Positions 37,475 through 51,700 of a stretch of 64,000 nucleotides of DNA are shown piece after piece. The stretch comes from Antedon mediterranea (Eukaryota; Animalia; Echinodermata). Made by a program: the position numbers and the translations under genes. How positions within the stretch are numbered: position 1 is the first letter of the stretch; each line of letters starts with the position of its first letter. The stretch is from NCBI RefSeq assembly GCF_964355755.1, contig NC_092678.1, forward strand, positions 14,782,371 to 14,846,370, read 5' to 3'. The notes beneath the pieces are model-generated. The model had not been told where the DNA came from. It did no database searches and saw only the letters and a list, made by a program, of their open reading frames with translations.

Positions 37475-38603
37475 AATGGACCTGAAATGGAATTTCGATT
37501 TTCAAGAAATTCACACATGTTATTTAAATGTATCAAATTAACACAAACCCATACAAATAAAAACAAAATGTATAGTATTTTGAGTAAAAACGAAATTTTA
37601 AGATACCATGGTAAATTAGTGAAAATTACTCACGCCATTGCAATATTCTTTTTTAACGGCCGTCGGAAGCCTCTATATTCACGACGTCACATATACACAC
37701 GATGATATCGAGAGCGTGTATGCCGCCCGATAGTCGGTGAATGATCGACGGCCTGGAAAGATACGCGAAGCGTTGACACTAATACTAATTTATTCAATAT
37801 CTAATGTTGTTGAAATATAGGTCCCTAAAATGTACTTCGTTTGTTCTAAAACCCGAATTTAGAAGGCCTACCTCCCAAACCTTTACTAGGCCTAGGCCCC
37901 CAATCCAGCGCGCGGAGTCGATCCACCACCCACATCATGCGGCGAGGCTCCGTTTCATGTGCATCCAAGGACCAAAGCGATATCAACAACTTGCTTCGCT
38001 CATTGTCAAGCCAAAGTAAAATATGAATAAAATTCGTTTTTGTACTGCCTGATTCGTGACAAATAAATTATCATCTCATATTACTAAAGTAATTCTGCTA
38101 AACTAAAAACTAAAGAAACTAACACATTTTAGCAGTATAAATTACGAACGATATACAAAATACACGAACGGAAAATATGGATACGCATCATTGCGCACGG
38201 AGCTGTATCCCGGACAACGTTGCCAGGCCAACTTCGGTATTGCCAGAAAAAAACCGTTGATTTTAAGATTTTAAATCGTCATTTACTCGATGAATAACCG
38301 TTTATACGGTAATAATTTTATCTAAAAAAATTCTAAATACGTTTCTGCAAATGCACAAGCATTTTTTAGAAAATATTCCATAGATTTCAAGAGTTATAGC
38401 CAAAAAACTGCAAATTTTCCATTGGAGGGATAGGAATATATTCGCAAAGTGACGTCACCCGCGAATTTTTTTGATTTTCAAATGGGGCTTTCCCCAAAAG
38501 GGCCAATTTATATTTTGTAACAATATACATTCTAGCAACACCTAATAGCCCCCAAAACATCATTCTAAAATGAAAAAAATCGAAAATCCATTTCAGGTCC
38601 ATT
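37475..38603. mobile_element. Non-autonomous TIR element with TTAA TSD (Kolobok-like)
   Basis: TTAA|AATGGACCTGAAATGGA ... TCCATTTCAGGTCCATT|TTAA. Purine-purine termini plus TTAA fit Kolobok better than piggyBac. Confidence 0.8.
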
Positions 38604-40454
38604 TTAACAATGAAAACAAACAAATCCTGCGTAGGAAATCGCGGAACTCTAAAAAGTTTGTTTTAATATCACGCTAAAATTGTTTCCGAATTTTTAAATA
38701 CATATTTGTAAATATTATGTTAAATTTCAATATCTTTACTTTTAATCCTCAAAAAATCAAAATGTTGATATTTTTTAACAGAATTTTATGATCATTTGAA
38801 ATCGGGTATATTTACTATCGATCGCGCTCCGCCGGTGCCCGAGTAGGTGTGTACGCGTCGCTTTTGCAGGCTCTATTCCCAGTATCGAGTTTCGGTCGCG
38901 CTAACATAAGCAATGTTTTCTACATTTACATGCATTAGGGGTAAATTATGTTTAATTGTTTTTACCGCATAACAAAATTCCCAAATTTATTTCTTCTCTT
39001 GCCTAACCGTTTCTGTCACCCTAAAATCAAATACTTTAACTGCATCATTTTAAGCGACAATAACATACAGATAGGCCTACTATAATTTGATCACTTCTTC
39101 GCAATACTTAAAGTTGTTGTATACAATTATTTTAAGAATATAAATAAAAACACACAGAAACTAATAAAATGGCAACTAATTGAAAAGTCAAACTCATTTA
39201 TTTCATCAATTAAATATTTGAAAAAAATCAAATCAAGTAAGGTACTGCTGTGTAGGCCTTAAATATGATTACTGTATTTTTTAGTTTTAATTTGTTTAAT
39301 GGCCTAGGCCTAATAATATAGTACTAACAACATGTTTATTTCTAAAGGCAAGAATAAATAACAGCTTTATTTATTTACCTTCAATATTAAATCTATGAGA
39401 AACCTCAATTATGAGAATCATTTAAATTTCTGTCACCGTACATTTCATTATAATGAAAACCTTTAATTTAAAAGACATTTAATTAATAAGAGCTGGTAGA
39501 ATTTGTTGAATGTCAACATGCTGTCCATAAATAGCCGCTTTCAAGTGATGCAAATGTTTTCTGGAGTCAGGTCCTATAAAAAATATAGAAATATAAAAAG
39601 TATGTTAATTTAAATATGTATTTGAAAGATGGGCTAGAGGTATACTGCATGATAAATTAGGCTGAAAAACCTAGCCTGTGGTCCTAGGCCTACTACAAGG
39701 CCTAGCTTAATGTTTTAAATCCCATAAAACGTTTGAATTTAATACAAGTACAAAATCTAATTTATATAGAGTTGTAAAGTGTAGTACATTCAGTACATTA
39801 ATTAAAATAAATGAGAATGGGGCCTAATATTAATAAATAAACATGTAAAAAATTGGCCTAAACGACTACGTGTGTATCTATACGCATTGATTAACACGCA
39901 TTACGCGTTGGACCATCAAGGCTAGGCCCAGCTTCGCACAAACCACCGTTATACATGTGATTTGTTTACCTATTTCAATCGCCATTTAAAAAATACCTGA
40001 AAATATCAACATGCCCATTTTTTGTCAAACGAATATTTACATTACATAGTAACTTTTTATTTAGTCACTCGTTTACTCAAAAATTGAGGAATTTTTTTAT
40101 GGTCTCGTAAAAATGTACAATATTATTATTGATAAAAACCGTATAAAATCTAACAAAAAGAAGAGCAAATTCAATGATTACCTGACACGATCATAACTGC
40201 TATCCTGTTCCAAAAACCAAGTCACATGCTTCTTCAACCCTTGCTTTAATTATTCTCATTAATTATTCATAAGGAACTATGATTTAAGGCTTTCAATTGG
40301 TTAAAAGAGTTTAACCCTATTAAAATTTTAAATTCACATCATTTCCGGGTGATGTTGTCGCGCTTGGATGAATCTCAGAAATCACAAATGACCGCTAGAG
40401 GGCTCACTTCTTTTTGTCTAGTCTAAATGAATGTGAATTCTAGCCAACTCGACC

Positions 40455-40661
40455 TCATTCCCCGCAGTTTTTTACGAATTCATGAGTAATTAAACCAACA
40501 TGATTTCCAATCACATTTATCAAGTCATATTTATTCATGGAATCATTTATAGATGCTCCAACCCTAGTACCTAGGAGTCGCAAACGCTCCTCTGATAGCT
40601 GAGCTACCACCTCAATGGACATGCTATCCAAAAATTCCTCGTCAAAATCACTTTCTGACAT
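40455..40661 (-). pseudogene. Probable gag N-terminus of the LTR element, truncated
   Basis: MSESDFDEEFLDSMSIEVVAQLSEERLRLLGTRVG..MNKYDLINVI lies ~350 bp downstream of the PBS, in the same sense as pol. Confidence 0.6.
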
Positions 40662-41016
40662 AGTTTCTATTCGAAACAAACAAACAAAAACACAGGTTAA
40701 AATAATATCCAATATGACGATAATTAAGGCACCAGTAATGAAATACCTGCCAAGCCCACACAGTATTAAACCTACCGTGCGCCGTGGTCTCAATAACTAG
40801 ACCCCTAAAATCAAAGCCAAACCGACTTCTACTATCACAGGCAAGCCTACACAAGCCTAAAACAACAACACAGTGTACTGGCTCGACGACCGCCAAACCT
40901 CGTTCGTTATAAAACGCCTCTAAACCTAAAACCAGCTTAGAATAAGTAACTAAAATTACCATCAGTTCGATCTACAACTACAATTCCGTACTTTGTTCAC
41001 GGATGACCCCCCAATT

Positions 41017-41148
41017 TGTTACGGGCTCGCTCGTTTGGCTGAAACCAACAATAAGAACATAACAAAACACGTTGTAGCTGTCGTCCATCTTTATTCATCT
41101 CCTTTCTTTACTCTAGAGGGCTCACTTCCATGTGACAAACCCATCACA
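41017..41148 (-). repeat. 5' LTR (132 bp)
   Basis: Matches 33892-34023; followed on the minus strand by the PBS-like sequence. Confidence 0.92.
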
Positions 41149-44055
41149 CTTTGTAGTGCAAAAGATTGTAATATACTTTTGCTAATTGTGTATCTTTCAT
41201 TTAACATACCTTTGATGTTATATGTTTTTCTTTTATTATGTTATACGATTATCTAATTATATGATTTTTGGGCAGCTCAATTTAGTTTGTAATACAAATA
41301 CTGTGTCTTGATTTGTAATGTAAATATTATGATGTGGCTGCCCAATTTGTTTTGTTCATAATTGTTTCCGTCATTCAATATATGACATATTCCACCCAGT
41401 TTGGAGTTTTGTGCTTTCTTTTTGTCTCGGCTTTTTGCACTACATTCCAGTGACATAAATAACAGCTATTTTTAAGCCAATTTAAGGACGACAACATTAT
41501 GTCTATTGAGGACGACGCACTAAACGTCAAACAATAGACCTACTGCGTGGAACTGCATTATACGATACGATATTATTTATTGTCATGTTTTAAAAGGTAC
41601 AAATGAAATGTGGTTGGTTGATTACCTGTAATTATACAAACAAATACAAAACAATGCGTCGATATGAATTCATACAAAAATCATGCCAATATTTTGCGAT
41701 CGTATTTTAACATAAGTGAATGTTTTTTAAAATTTACTTTCAGCAAAAATTAATTATAAAAATAATCACCTATAATTCGTCAAATCGAAGACTTAAATTC
41801 TAGTTTTATAAATGTTATAATTACTCTAGTAGCTAGATCAACTTTCGTATGCACTTTGAGGGCCAGAGAATTTGACTTTTGACAGAAATTGGTTTAGGAT
41901 GATCAAACAATCATTATTGGCTTGGTTACACATTTTGAAAATTTGGCGAAAGGTCAAAAGGTCAGGGTGAAAGGTTATCAAACTAAACACCAATAAGTCC
42001 TTAAATCTCGACAACCACTGGTTACAGCGAGGTAATATTGGTCTCAAATTGATCAGAAGGTAAACATTTATATTCAGTCTAATGGGACATTTTGGTCAAA
42101 AATGACCGGAAATGCCATTTCTGACCTTTGACCCACACCCCAGGGCATGTATGTATCTCCGTAACTACTGATTGTAGACACTTGAATTTGGTCTTAAATT
42201 GTTTGAAATAAACATTTTGTTATTTGTTGCTCATTTTTAAAAATGTTACAAAAGGTCAAAATGTCAGGGTCAAGGGTTATATGAACAAATATAAATATAT
42301 ACTTGTATCTCGGCAACCACTCGTCGCAGCAAGTCAATTTTAGTTTCAAAATGTTCAGAAGGCATACTTTCATATTCAATCTAATGGGACATTTTAGTCA
42401 AATTTATTCAGAAATGCCATTTCTGACCTTTGACCCACATATCATGGCATCTTCATATCTCTGTATGTACTGGTCGTAGAAACTTAAATTTGGTATCAAA
42501 TTGTTCGAAATATACATATTTACATTAATTGTAATAGAACATGTGGTTAAAAGATGAACAGAAATACTATTACTAATGTTTCAAACAAAAAACCAATCTC
42601 TACATAACTTATCCAGTAATGTTATGCAATAACTGATACTTTAAATTGTTTCAATTTCAAGTACTAGTTATTGCTGTCCCAAAGAACATTTTGAAAGAAA
42701 CGTCAAGATCAACGGTTCTTTTCGGAATGCTAGAAGTAACTTGCCATGTGTATCCGATTAAACGACCCGGGCATTTATTGTATCAAAAAGTGAAAAAAAT
42801 GCTTAGTAAATTGTAGATTATGGTAGTTAATGTAATGTGTTGTGATACAATTATTGTGTAAATGCATGTGGCGGGTGTATTCCACATGATGTACTATTGG
42901 AGGGAATGGTGGCGTTTATTTGAGGGAGGCTTTTATTCAAAGCGGGTGTTAATTCGAATAAATTTTAATAATTATAATCGTTTCTCAACTGATAAAAGGT
43001 ACTTTACATGATTCGTTTTCTTCTTTATGCTTTTTAACGAAATGTTTCCGTCTTTTAGAATAAAAGTGACACTGTTATAGATAACATTAAATGTATCTTC
43101 TCTTCCAGGTGCCAGTATAATGATATAAACCAATGACATATCATTATCCTGACACGATTGCACTCATAATGGATCTTCATTCTATCATCTGTTTGTTTGT
43201 GAATACAATTTGAAAACAATATTTTGCATATTTTGAAATGCCAATACATAGTTTCATTACTATTGTACAATATGTCCAGCTTTCCTGAAAACACCCTTGT
43301 GTACTGTAGTACAGTGTTGTTGTATGATGTTATCATGATAACTTCTGATGCTTTTATTGTCAATGAATTCAGTACCTAAAACATGTCAACGTTTCTAGTG
43401 GTATTGATACAGTAATACATCTCCAGAAACATATATTGTTTTATTATCTACACTGGGAACAGACGTGTATAATATACACCGACAAAACATATTACATATT
43501 ATGTACCGTTGAGCTCGAGTATTTATTCGAATTAACACCCGCTTTGAATAAAACCTCCCTCAAATAAACGCCACCATTCCCTCCAATAGAACATCATGTG
43601 GAATAAACGCTCCGCCACATGCATTTACAAAATAATTGTATCACAACACATTTCATTAACTACCTTAATCTACAATTTACCAAGCATTTTAACATAATTT
43701 TATCATTTTTTGATATTAATTGTGCTGTATTTTTAGTCGCGTGGAAGCGACTCTATAGTTCACTATGTCGGTCGGTTGGTCTGTCTGTCTGTCGGTCTGT
43801 ATGTCGGTCTGTCTGTCTGTCGGTCCGGTATTACTATGCGTTTTATCGCTTTATGACCTTATCTTGATATCAGTTTAATCTAGCTAAGTCAATTTTTCAC
43901 AGAATATTCCTTATGGCCAGGAATCGATGTGGTTATGTTTTCACGGTGCGCAATAAAAAATTACGCAGTCTACGCACGATTTAACGAAATCACGTTTGTA
44001 ATCATATCTTAACAACCATGAATCACAATTAAATAAAATTTGGTACTCATAAATG

Positions 44056-45590
44056 GGTTCTAGGACACCTACCCCCTAGACAGTTACCCCCCGGATGTTT
44101 ACCACCCGGACAACTACCCCCTTAGGACAACTACCCCCCGGACAACTACCCCCCGGACAACTACCCCTTTAGGACAACTACCCCCTTAGGACAGTAACCC
44201 CCCGGACAACTACCCCCCGGACAACCACCCCCTTAGGACAACTACCCCCTTAAGACAACTACCCCCCGGTCAACTACCCCCCGGTCAACTACCCCCGGTT
44301 TTTAACGGGTGTTTCGAAACAAGAGACCCGAGACCAGAGACCTGACACGAGACCCAATACGAAAAGGGAGACCTATATTTGGGTCTCCCTTTTCGTATAT
44401 TAGGGTCTCCCTTTTCGTATAGTGTGGTCTCCCTTTTCTTATAGTGGGTCTCCCTTTTCGTATATTTGGGTCTCCCATTTTGTATATTTGGGTCTCCTTT
44501 TTCGTATATTTGGTCTCCCTTTTCGTATATTTAGGTCTCCCTTTTCGTATAGTGGAGTCTCCCTTTTCGTATAGTGGGGTCTCTCTTTTCGTATATTTAG
44601 GTCTCCCTTTTCGTATTGGGTCTCGGGTCTCTGGTCTCTGGTCCCGGGTCTCTAGTTTCAAAACACCCGTTTTTAACCGATTATTCTGTTTAACAGCACG
44701 CTAGACCCTAGATGTGCTAGATTTAAAGTACCGTATTTATTGAAAAAAACGGCCTGGGCTGTTTATTGTTTAGGTGGTTTTTAGGTGGACATTTATTGGA
44801 AGAAAGTTGTTTATTCAATGGGAGGGAGTATAATCTAATGAAAATAGACGCCGATTATTCCATATGATGTGTCATGGGAGTTACATGGTCACCGTTTATT
44901 TGAGGGGAATTTATTTAAAGATCGCCGTTTATTCGGTGAGTGAACATTGAGGTCAAATATCAAAAGTGATATTATTCTTCAAGTGTACAAAAATACAAAA
45001 TGACAAATTTGAGACAAAAATTAATTCTTTAAAGACCAGTGGTTATCGAAGCATTGTCCTGACGCAAAAATTATTATTATTATTAGCGAACCCAGTTTTT
45101 ACAGTAAATACAGGGAGTACTATATAATACGTTCGACTATCCTATGATCATGTGTGACAATCTTCAGTTTATACCACCAGGCTATATTTATGTTCAATCT
45201 TTTACTTTTGTTTACAATAATGAATAGTAATTCGTCAAAGTAACGAATTAAAATATAGTTATTAATTAATAGTTGCAGAGTCAGGTTGTTGAATGGTCTG
45301 GGTGGTTAGGGTGTTCTAAAGGGATAGTTTTCTGGGTGGTAATTGTCCGGGGGGTAATTGTCCGGGGGGTAATTGTTACTAGGGGGTAATTGTCCGGGGG
45401 GTAGTTGTCCAGGGGGTAGTTGTCCTAAGGGGGTTGTTGTCCTAAGGGGGTAGTTGTCCGGGGGGTATTTGTCCGGGGGGTAGTTGTCCTAAAGGGGTAG
45501 TTGTCCTAAGGGGGTAGTGGTCCAGGTGGTGGTTGTCCGGGGGGTAGTTGTCCGGGGGGTAAATGTCCAGGGGGTGAATATCCGGATACG
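44056..45590. mobile_element. Foldback-type (probably MULE) non-autonomous element with GGACAACTACCCCC subterminal arrays
   Basis: 8-bp TSD CATAAATG (44048-44055, 45591-45598). The empty site is visible in copy 1 at ~20806. Inverted 15-17-bp repeat arrays at 44060-44297 and 45330-45585. Confidence 0.8.
44307..44668. mobile_element. MITE with 9-bp TSD (MULE-like)
   Basis: TIR GGGTGTTT(C/T)GAAAC, TSD GTTTTTAAC (44298-44306, 44669-44677), internal ~22-bp repeats GGTCTCCCTTTTCGTATA. Confidence 0.85.
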
Positions 45591-47184
45591 CATAAATGTC
45601 AGGGCATAAATCATCATATGGCAATACAATTACGTGCGTAGCGCATGTAACGCATGCGTACGCGCGCTTAAAATTTTCTAAATTTATTTTCGATGAAATA
45701 AGAGTAGGTTTCAGGCAATTTTAAGTGTTTACAAAATTGCCATGAGTGCGCAGATTTTTGCGCGCGCCCTGCGCGTTAAATGTTATATTGCGCACTCTTT
45801 TTGTCCGATTTCTGTTTTCTTGACTTACTTTTCAACTCGAAATTACGTTATACGAGCACGTCAAAAGTGACAGGCTACGCACGTGTAAATTAAAAAAATA
45901 TAAATGTTTTTAAACATTTCAACTTTTTTAAACATGTTCAGTAATTTCGGTCAGTATAGTTCACTATGTCGGTCGGTCCGTCTGTCTGTCGGTCTGTCTG
46001 TCTGTCGGTCTGTTTGTCTGTCGGTCCGGTATCACTATGCATTGTAGCACGCGACTTAATGGCTGTTGGCCTTGTTTTTACATCTATGTGGTATTTATTT
46101 GATTATGCTACCATATCATACTCCAAATAAAGATTCCTCCCCTCCCCCTAAAAACCCTTTTGAACAATAAATGCCCGGGGTGTTTAATCAGATACACATG
46201 GCAAGTTACTTCTAGCATTCTGAAAAGAACTGTTGAGCTTGACGTTTATATCAAAAATTGTTCTCGTGGACAGCAATAACTAGTACTTGAAATTGAAACA
46301 ATTTAAAGTATCAGTTATTGCATAACATTACTGTCTAAGGATAAGTTGTGTAGAGAAATGTTTTTTGTTTTAAACATTAGTAATAATATTTTCTGTTCAT
46401 CTTTTAACCATATTTTCTATTACAATGAATGTAAATATGTATATTTTGAACAATTTGATACCAAATTTAAGTTTCTAGGACCAGTACTTACAGAGATATG
46501 AAGATGCCCTGGTATGTGGGTCAAAGGTCAGAAATGGCATTTCTGATCATTTTTTACTAAAATGCCCCATTAGACAAAATATAAATGCATGCCTTCTAAA
46601 CATTTTGAGACCAAAATTGACTTGTTGCGACCAGTGGTTGCCGAGATACAAGTACCTTTATTTATTTGTTCATATAACCCTTGACCTGACCCTTTGACCT
46701 TTTGTAACATTTTTCAAAATGTGTAACAAATAACAAAATATATATTTCGAACAATTTAAAACCAAATTCAAGTGTCTACGACCAGTAGTTACGGAGATAA
46801 TGCCCTGGGTTGTGGGTCAAAGGTCAGAAATGTCATTTCCGGTAATTTTTAACTAAAATGTCCCATTAGACTGAATATAAATGTATACCCTCTGATCAAT
46901 TTGAGACTAAAATTACTTCGCTGTGACCAGTGGTTGTTGAGATTTAAAGACATATTGGTGTTTGGTCTTATGACCTTTCACCCTGACATTTTGACCTTTC
47001 GCCACATTTTCAAAATGTGTAACCAAGCCAAAAATGATTGTTTGACCACCCTAAACCAATTTCTGAAGTCAAATTCTCTGGACCTCAAAGTGCATACGAA
47101 AGGTGATCTAGCTACTAGAGTAAATAGTTTCAGTGTTGTTTTAAGTGTTTATTGGAATTATGGTAAAGGAATTATTAGGTAGGT

Positions 47185-48270
47185 CTAATATATACTACCA
47201 CTGTTTACCAGCTTGACTGGTATTGACTCTCTCATGCATGCATTTGAATACGTAAACATGCTGATAGTCAACTTTATAGTGTGTGTATATTTTCGTAAAA
47301 TGGGAACCTTGAACAAATAAGGAAGACAATGAAAATGTGTGGAATGAAGAAGTGAACCGCTTTTATCTAGAGCTTTATAGATATAAGTCGTAAAAACGAT
47401 GATTTCAACTCTAGTTTATAAATAATGTATAATGCTACACAGTATTCAATGCAATGATATGTAATTACTAAAAATCTATTTATTTAACTAAAGATTCAAT
47501 TCCGTCTGCTTGGTAGTCATGCGAAACCTCTTTATTTCCAATGATAACGACCGAGTTCACAAACACTATAGTACTACACTTTATTTGTTTAAGCTACGGT
47601 TATTCAAAAGAAAGCGTAACTATTTATGGGTTTAGTAAACGTAGGCATTATACAGTTGGAGTGTCGTGGAATTATAATGTAAGTTGTTAAGCTTCTACTG
47701 TTTCTACTCGTTAGTTTTACCCTACATTTATGCTAGTATAAATTATATTCTGAATGTAATGCTAGCATACGTTATTGGTGTTACTTGTGTTAACTATTTT
47801 TATATATTTCTCGCCTCTTGTTGGTATGTATTTTCTCTGTTTGGTCAACAGTGTATTTATATTAGTGTGACAATGCCGTAGTCACGATTATTTATGTTTT
47901 GATTTCAATTTCATTAATAAGTTGAATATATATCAATGTACAGTTTTACAGTTAAGGGGACAACTACATGTTTTATTCATTCAGGGTATATATTAGGCCT
48001 ACAGTTATTTTATCTGTTGTGTTGAATTTGAATAGAGAGTCTATAATGTTTGTCTTTTGTACACACCACATCTAAAATAAAACTAATTTGTCAATTTCAC
48101 AAATTGTAGGTACTTTTTGTGATATCATAGTTTTCCTGACACTTCAGGGTTGGTTTAGTTAGTTAAGTGGCTTCCAGGTACGCGTGCCCTCATTTGGCAA
48201 AATTTTTGTTTTCAATCATGCTAACAAATAAACTATGTAGGGCGTTATCGAGTCAATTGAACATACATGA
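47185..48270. repeat. ~1.1-kb diverged direct repeat, copy A (copy B at ~54025-55120)
   Basis: Collinear shared blocks: TGTGGAATGAAGAAGTGAAC, GGTAGTCATGCGAAA, ATGATAACGACCGAGTTCACAA, GGTACGCGTGCCCTCATT. Confidence 0.8.
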
Positions 48271-48785
48271 GGATCGGCCTCTCTCCTCCAATACTCTTTA
48301 CGTTTATCTGGTATTTGTTAAAATATGTTTTTAACAAATAACAGATAAACGTAAATTTATTAAAAACAGTTTTAGAAAGTGCACAATCATATTAACGTTT
48401 ACATGCTTTTTTATGCAATGTTCCCTAAAAGCCTAATTATTTTCATTGCAAATGTATTAAGACAAAGTCTAAAAAAGGTGCAATAATTATCGCCACCTTA
48501 GTTTTAGCCAAGTTAAGCCTCCCCTATCTAATGCATGTTTTGCATCAGTAGAGGTATGATATGCCAGACATGTAATGCCAAGAAGCTCATGAATAATAAG
48601 GACTTCCATAGAAATCCCCTAACCCCTGAAAAGGGGTTTTAACCTTGAAACAAAACAAATTATCAAAGTATTCTATATATTTTTTTAAATCAGTTTATAT
48701 CGGTAAATTTTAGTTGAGCATTTATTTTCCCATCATCAATATTAGTTGACATGGTGAACTGTTAGAAATTTAAATATTAGCTAAC

Positions 48786-51700
48786 CACAGCTGTTTCAAC
48801 CAATGTAAAATAAATAGAAAAAGTCAAGCGCCCTCAATATTGTCAGACGGCGATATGTGCCTGAGCGTGACGCCGCGCGAGTGGTTGAATCTCGTTCAAC
48901 TTTCGCGACATTTGCAACTTTTATAACTACACTTTAAATTAATTTAATCAATTTCGTCATAAATATTATAAAACCATTTTTATACTATTTGTTAGAAAAT
49001 AAGATTCTTAATTACCGATTTTTTGGAAATAGTAAGTAATTAAGCATAACAACAAGTTTACGAAATTATTTACACCCGGAAGTTTTAAAAATTAACATCG
49101 ATCGGCCTAGCAAATGTAAACAATGGAAAGTTTGAAAAAATGCTTGTCAAATTGTACACTTTTTGTTTTTATTCGTAATTTTCATAAATACTTGGAAAAT
49201 CTAGGTAAAAGTTTGATTATATATGCTTACATGAGACATTGAATTGTTAGGAGGTGACGGTGAAAATCTCAAGAAATTTTCATTTAAAAACTCGACTGTT
49301 TTGTTAAATGCGAAACAGCGTATTTGGCGAGAGGTCGATGAACGCGGCTGATAACCGCTCGCTAGGCTGTACGCAAATAGGCCTAGGTTGTAGCTAGGCC
49401 TAGTTGGTACGTATAAGTAGTGTAATCATACTATACATCATTTTAATTTACAATAGAATAAATAATAAGCTTAATTATTATCATTGTATTTATTTCAACT
49501 GAATATAATTCATCATAAATGTAAAAATTTAGTAAAACTACTAACTACCAGGCCTAGCTAGGCCCTTAAAATTAAAGCCTATACAAAAATACTCAAACTA
49601 CTGTATGATAAATATAATATAACATTAAAGGTTGGTAAAATTAAAATTTCTTTTCTTTTTTGTAGGCAACACAGTTTCACGAAAAGGCTTTACGTTCTAC
49701 TTGCTTCTGTTGTGGAACAAAATTTAAAGAAAAGGATAAAAAATACAACTTAAAAAATATGAAAACCATCACAAATTTGCACTAAATCTAACAAATGTAA
49801 AATTACAACCTATATACATTTATACAACCTGCCATTCGCGAATTTTCAATGGATACTGTATACTACCACGCTAACATTTAAATTAACAGGACATGGACCA
49901 AATTGCTTGGCATGCTACACTTCAACAACAACTATGACCTGGGCCAAAACTACATTCACAAGTGAAAGAACACACTGGCGTTTAAGGGAACAGTTTTTTG
50001 TCTGGTACAGCTGCTCCATAATCTGCTTTTCTTCTTTATATCTTCACTCTTTTTGAAAGTTTATACTAACAAATTTAATTAAATGAACATACCACATAAT
50101 CAAATAACTGTTTTCTCATCCTAATTTATATACATAGTTTAAAAAGCGCCAATTTTCAATTAAGATTACATCATACATTGTATATTTCTATTCAACAAAA
50201 TTGTCAGAACTTTCTATTATTTAAATGTCTAAGATAGTCAGATCTTGGGTCCATTCTACAGTCACCACAGATTGACTTTTTCATCACAAAATTTCTGAAA
50301 TTATAAAATGTATTAATGTGTAAATTAAGTATTTTTTAATTCCATAAAAATATCATACAAGTATTTTTAGCAGAATACAGGCATATTGCACCAGGTGTAA
50401 TACAGCCTAAGCTACATATGCTTGAGCACCATGCTATTGCATTCATGAGAGAATGGAAGGGGGTCTCTGAGCAAGGCGGGGAGCTAATACATGCCAAACT
50501 CAACCGTCACAAAACAGCAGTGTGGATTAGAGTCAAACTTAGACTCATCTGATTTTCACATCTCCAATGATACAAAATGAAATAATAAAACCCAACAAAT
50601 GCAAGAAAGCCAACAAAGAATGATTCATTAACATTAATGATCATAAAATATTGTACATTTTTAAATGTTAAAGGAATATTGCATTGTATTGATTTCCTTT
50701 TAACAATACCTAATGATAATGAATATGTAAAAGTAATACTATAGTATGTCTATATTTCAATTACTAACTAATTACTATTGATTGATAGTACTACTGCTGT
50801 ACTGTACATGTGTTAGTGATTGATTGTTAAAGTTACAAATTCATAGCATGGTAAACACAATTTAAAATTTACTAGTTCTTGAACAGTAAAATAAACTTAC
50901 CTATATAGATGGTAGGTATAGGTATTGGTCCAAATCTGTTTAAAATGTTTTAGCCATTTTGGGTTGCCGCTATATAGGTACCTAAAAAATAGTAATAGTA
51001 ATAGTATAACATTATAATAAGAATTAATTAAAATTAACTTATTAAATTTACTATGGTTGCATACATACTAATTTGAATATGCAGTGATGAGCAAAAACAA
51101 ATGTTAAAATTCATTATTTATAATAATTGTAATTATTACATACAGGGTAGGCATATATGCCTTATGTCATTGCATAGGGTATATATAACCAGGTATCCTC
51201 ATAATAAACATTATTTGTAATAAATACTGTAAATATATTAAAAATAAAAATTAATAATAATTAAATAATAATATATAGGCATAGAGCCTCTAGGCCTAAT
51301 TAGGTAGCCTACTAATACCTAGCCTATTGCTCTAGGCTAGGCTAAATAAGCTGGAAAGCTGCTTCTCTGTAGGCTGCTAGTGCAAGAGAGCACAGGTCTA
51401 GCTAGTATATTAAAATAAAAATAGGGCCTATAATATAGGCCTAGCCTACCCAGCCAGTGGTAGTGATTGGTTGTTAATATTGAAAATTAATAGCATGGTA
51501 AACACAATTTAAAATTTACTAGTTCTTGAACAGTAAAATAAACTTACCTATAATATAGATGGTAGGTATAGGTATAGGTATTGGTCAAAATCTGTTTAAA
51601 ATGATTTTTCCACTTCGGGTTGCCGCTATGTACCTAAAAAATAGTAAAACATTACTATAAGAATTAATTAAAATTAGCTTATTAAATTTAATATGGTTGC

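Larger units (their letters stand above)
33892..41148 (-). mobile_element. Gmr1-type Ty3/gypsy LTR retrotransposon, internally deleted and interrupted
   Basis: 132-bp TG..CA LTRs at 33892-34023 and 41017-41148, CTTT TSD (33888-33891, 41149-41152), PBS-like TGGGGGGTCATCCG (tRNA-Pro type), PPT TAAGTGGGGGTG, and pol domain order IN-RT-RH. Confidence 0.92.
43731..46076 (+). mobile_element. HINE/DINE-1-like element copy 2, interrupted at 44056-45590
   Basis: Same termini and body as 20501-21262; inserted in a T-run. Confidence 0.8.
41821..47122. repeat. Large foldback: ~1.1-kb inverted arms around a ~560-bp spacer, right arm interrupted by nested insertions
   Basis: TTACTCTAGTAGCTAGATCA.. at 41821 is the reverse complement of ..TGATCTAGCTACTAGAGTAA at 47122. 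41821-42780 pairs with 46163-47122, and 42780-42963 pairs with 43520-43715. Confidence 0.85.

Noticed and set aside
40390-40410. CTCF-like site CCGCTAGAGGGC resembling LTR sequence CTAGAGGGCTCACTTC
   Set aside because: A single short match. I cannot distinguish a binding site, an LTR-derived scrap or chance without data.
44302-45624. ORFs with KGRPKYTKRET and PPGQLPP repeats
   Set aside because: They are read-through of MITE and foldback internal repeats bounded by TIRs and TSDs.
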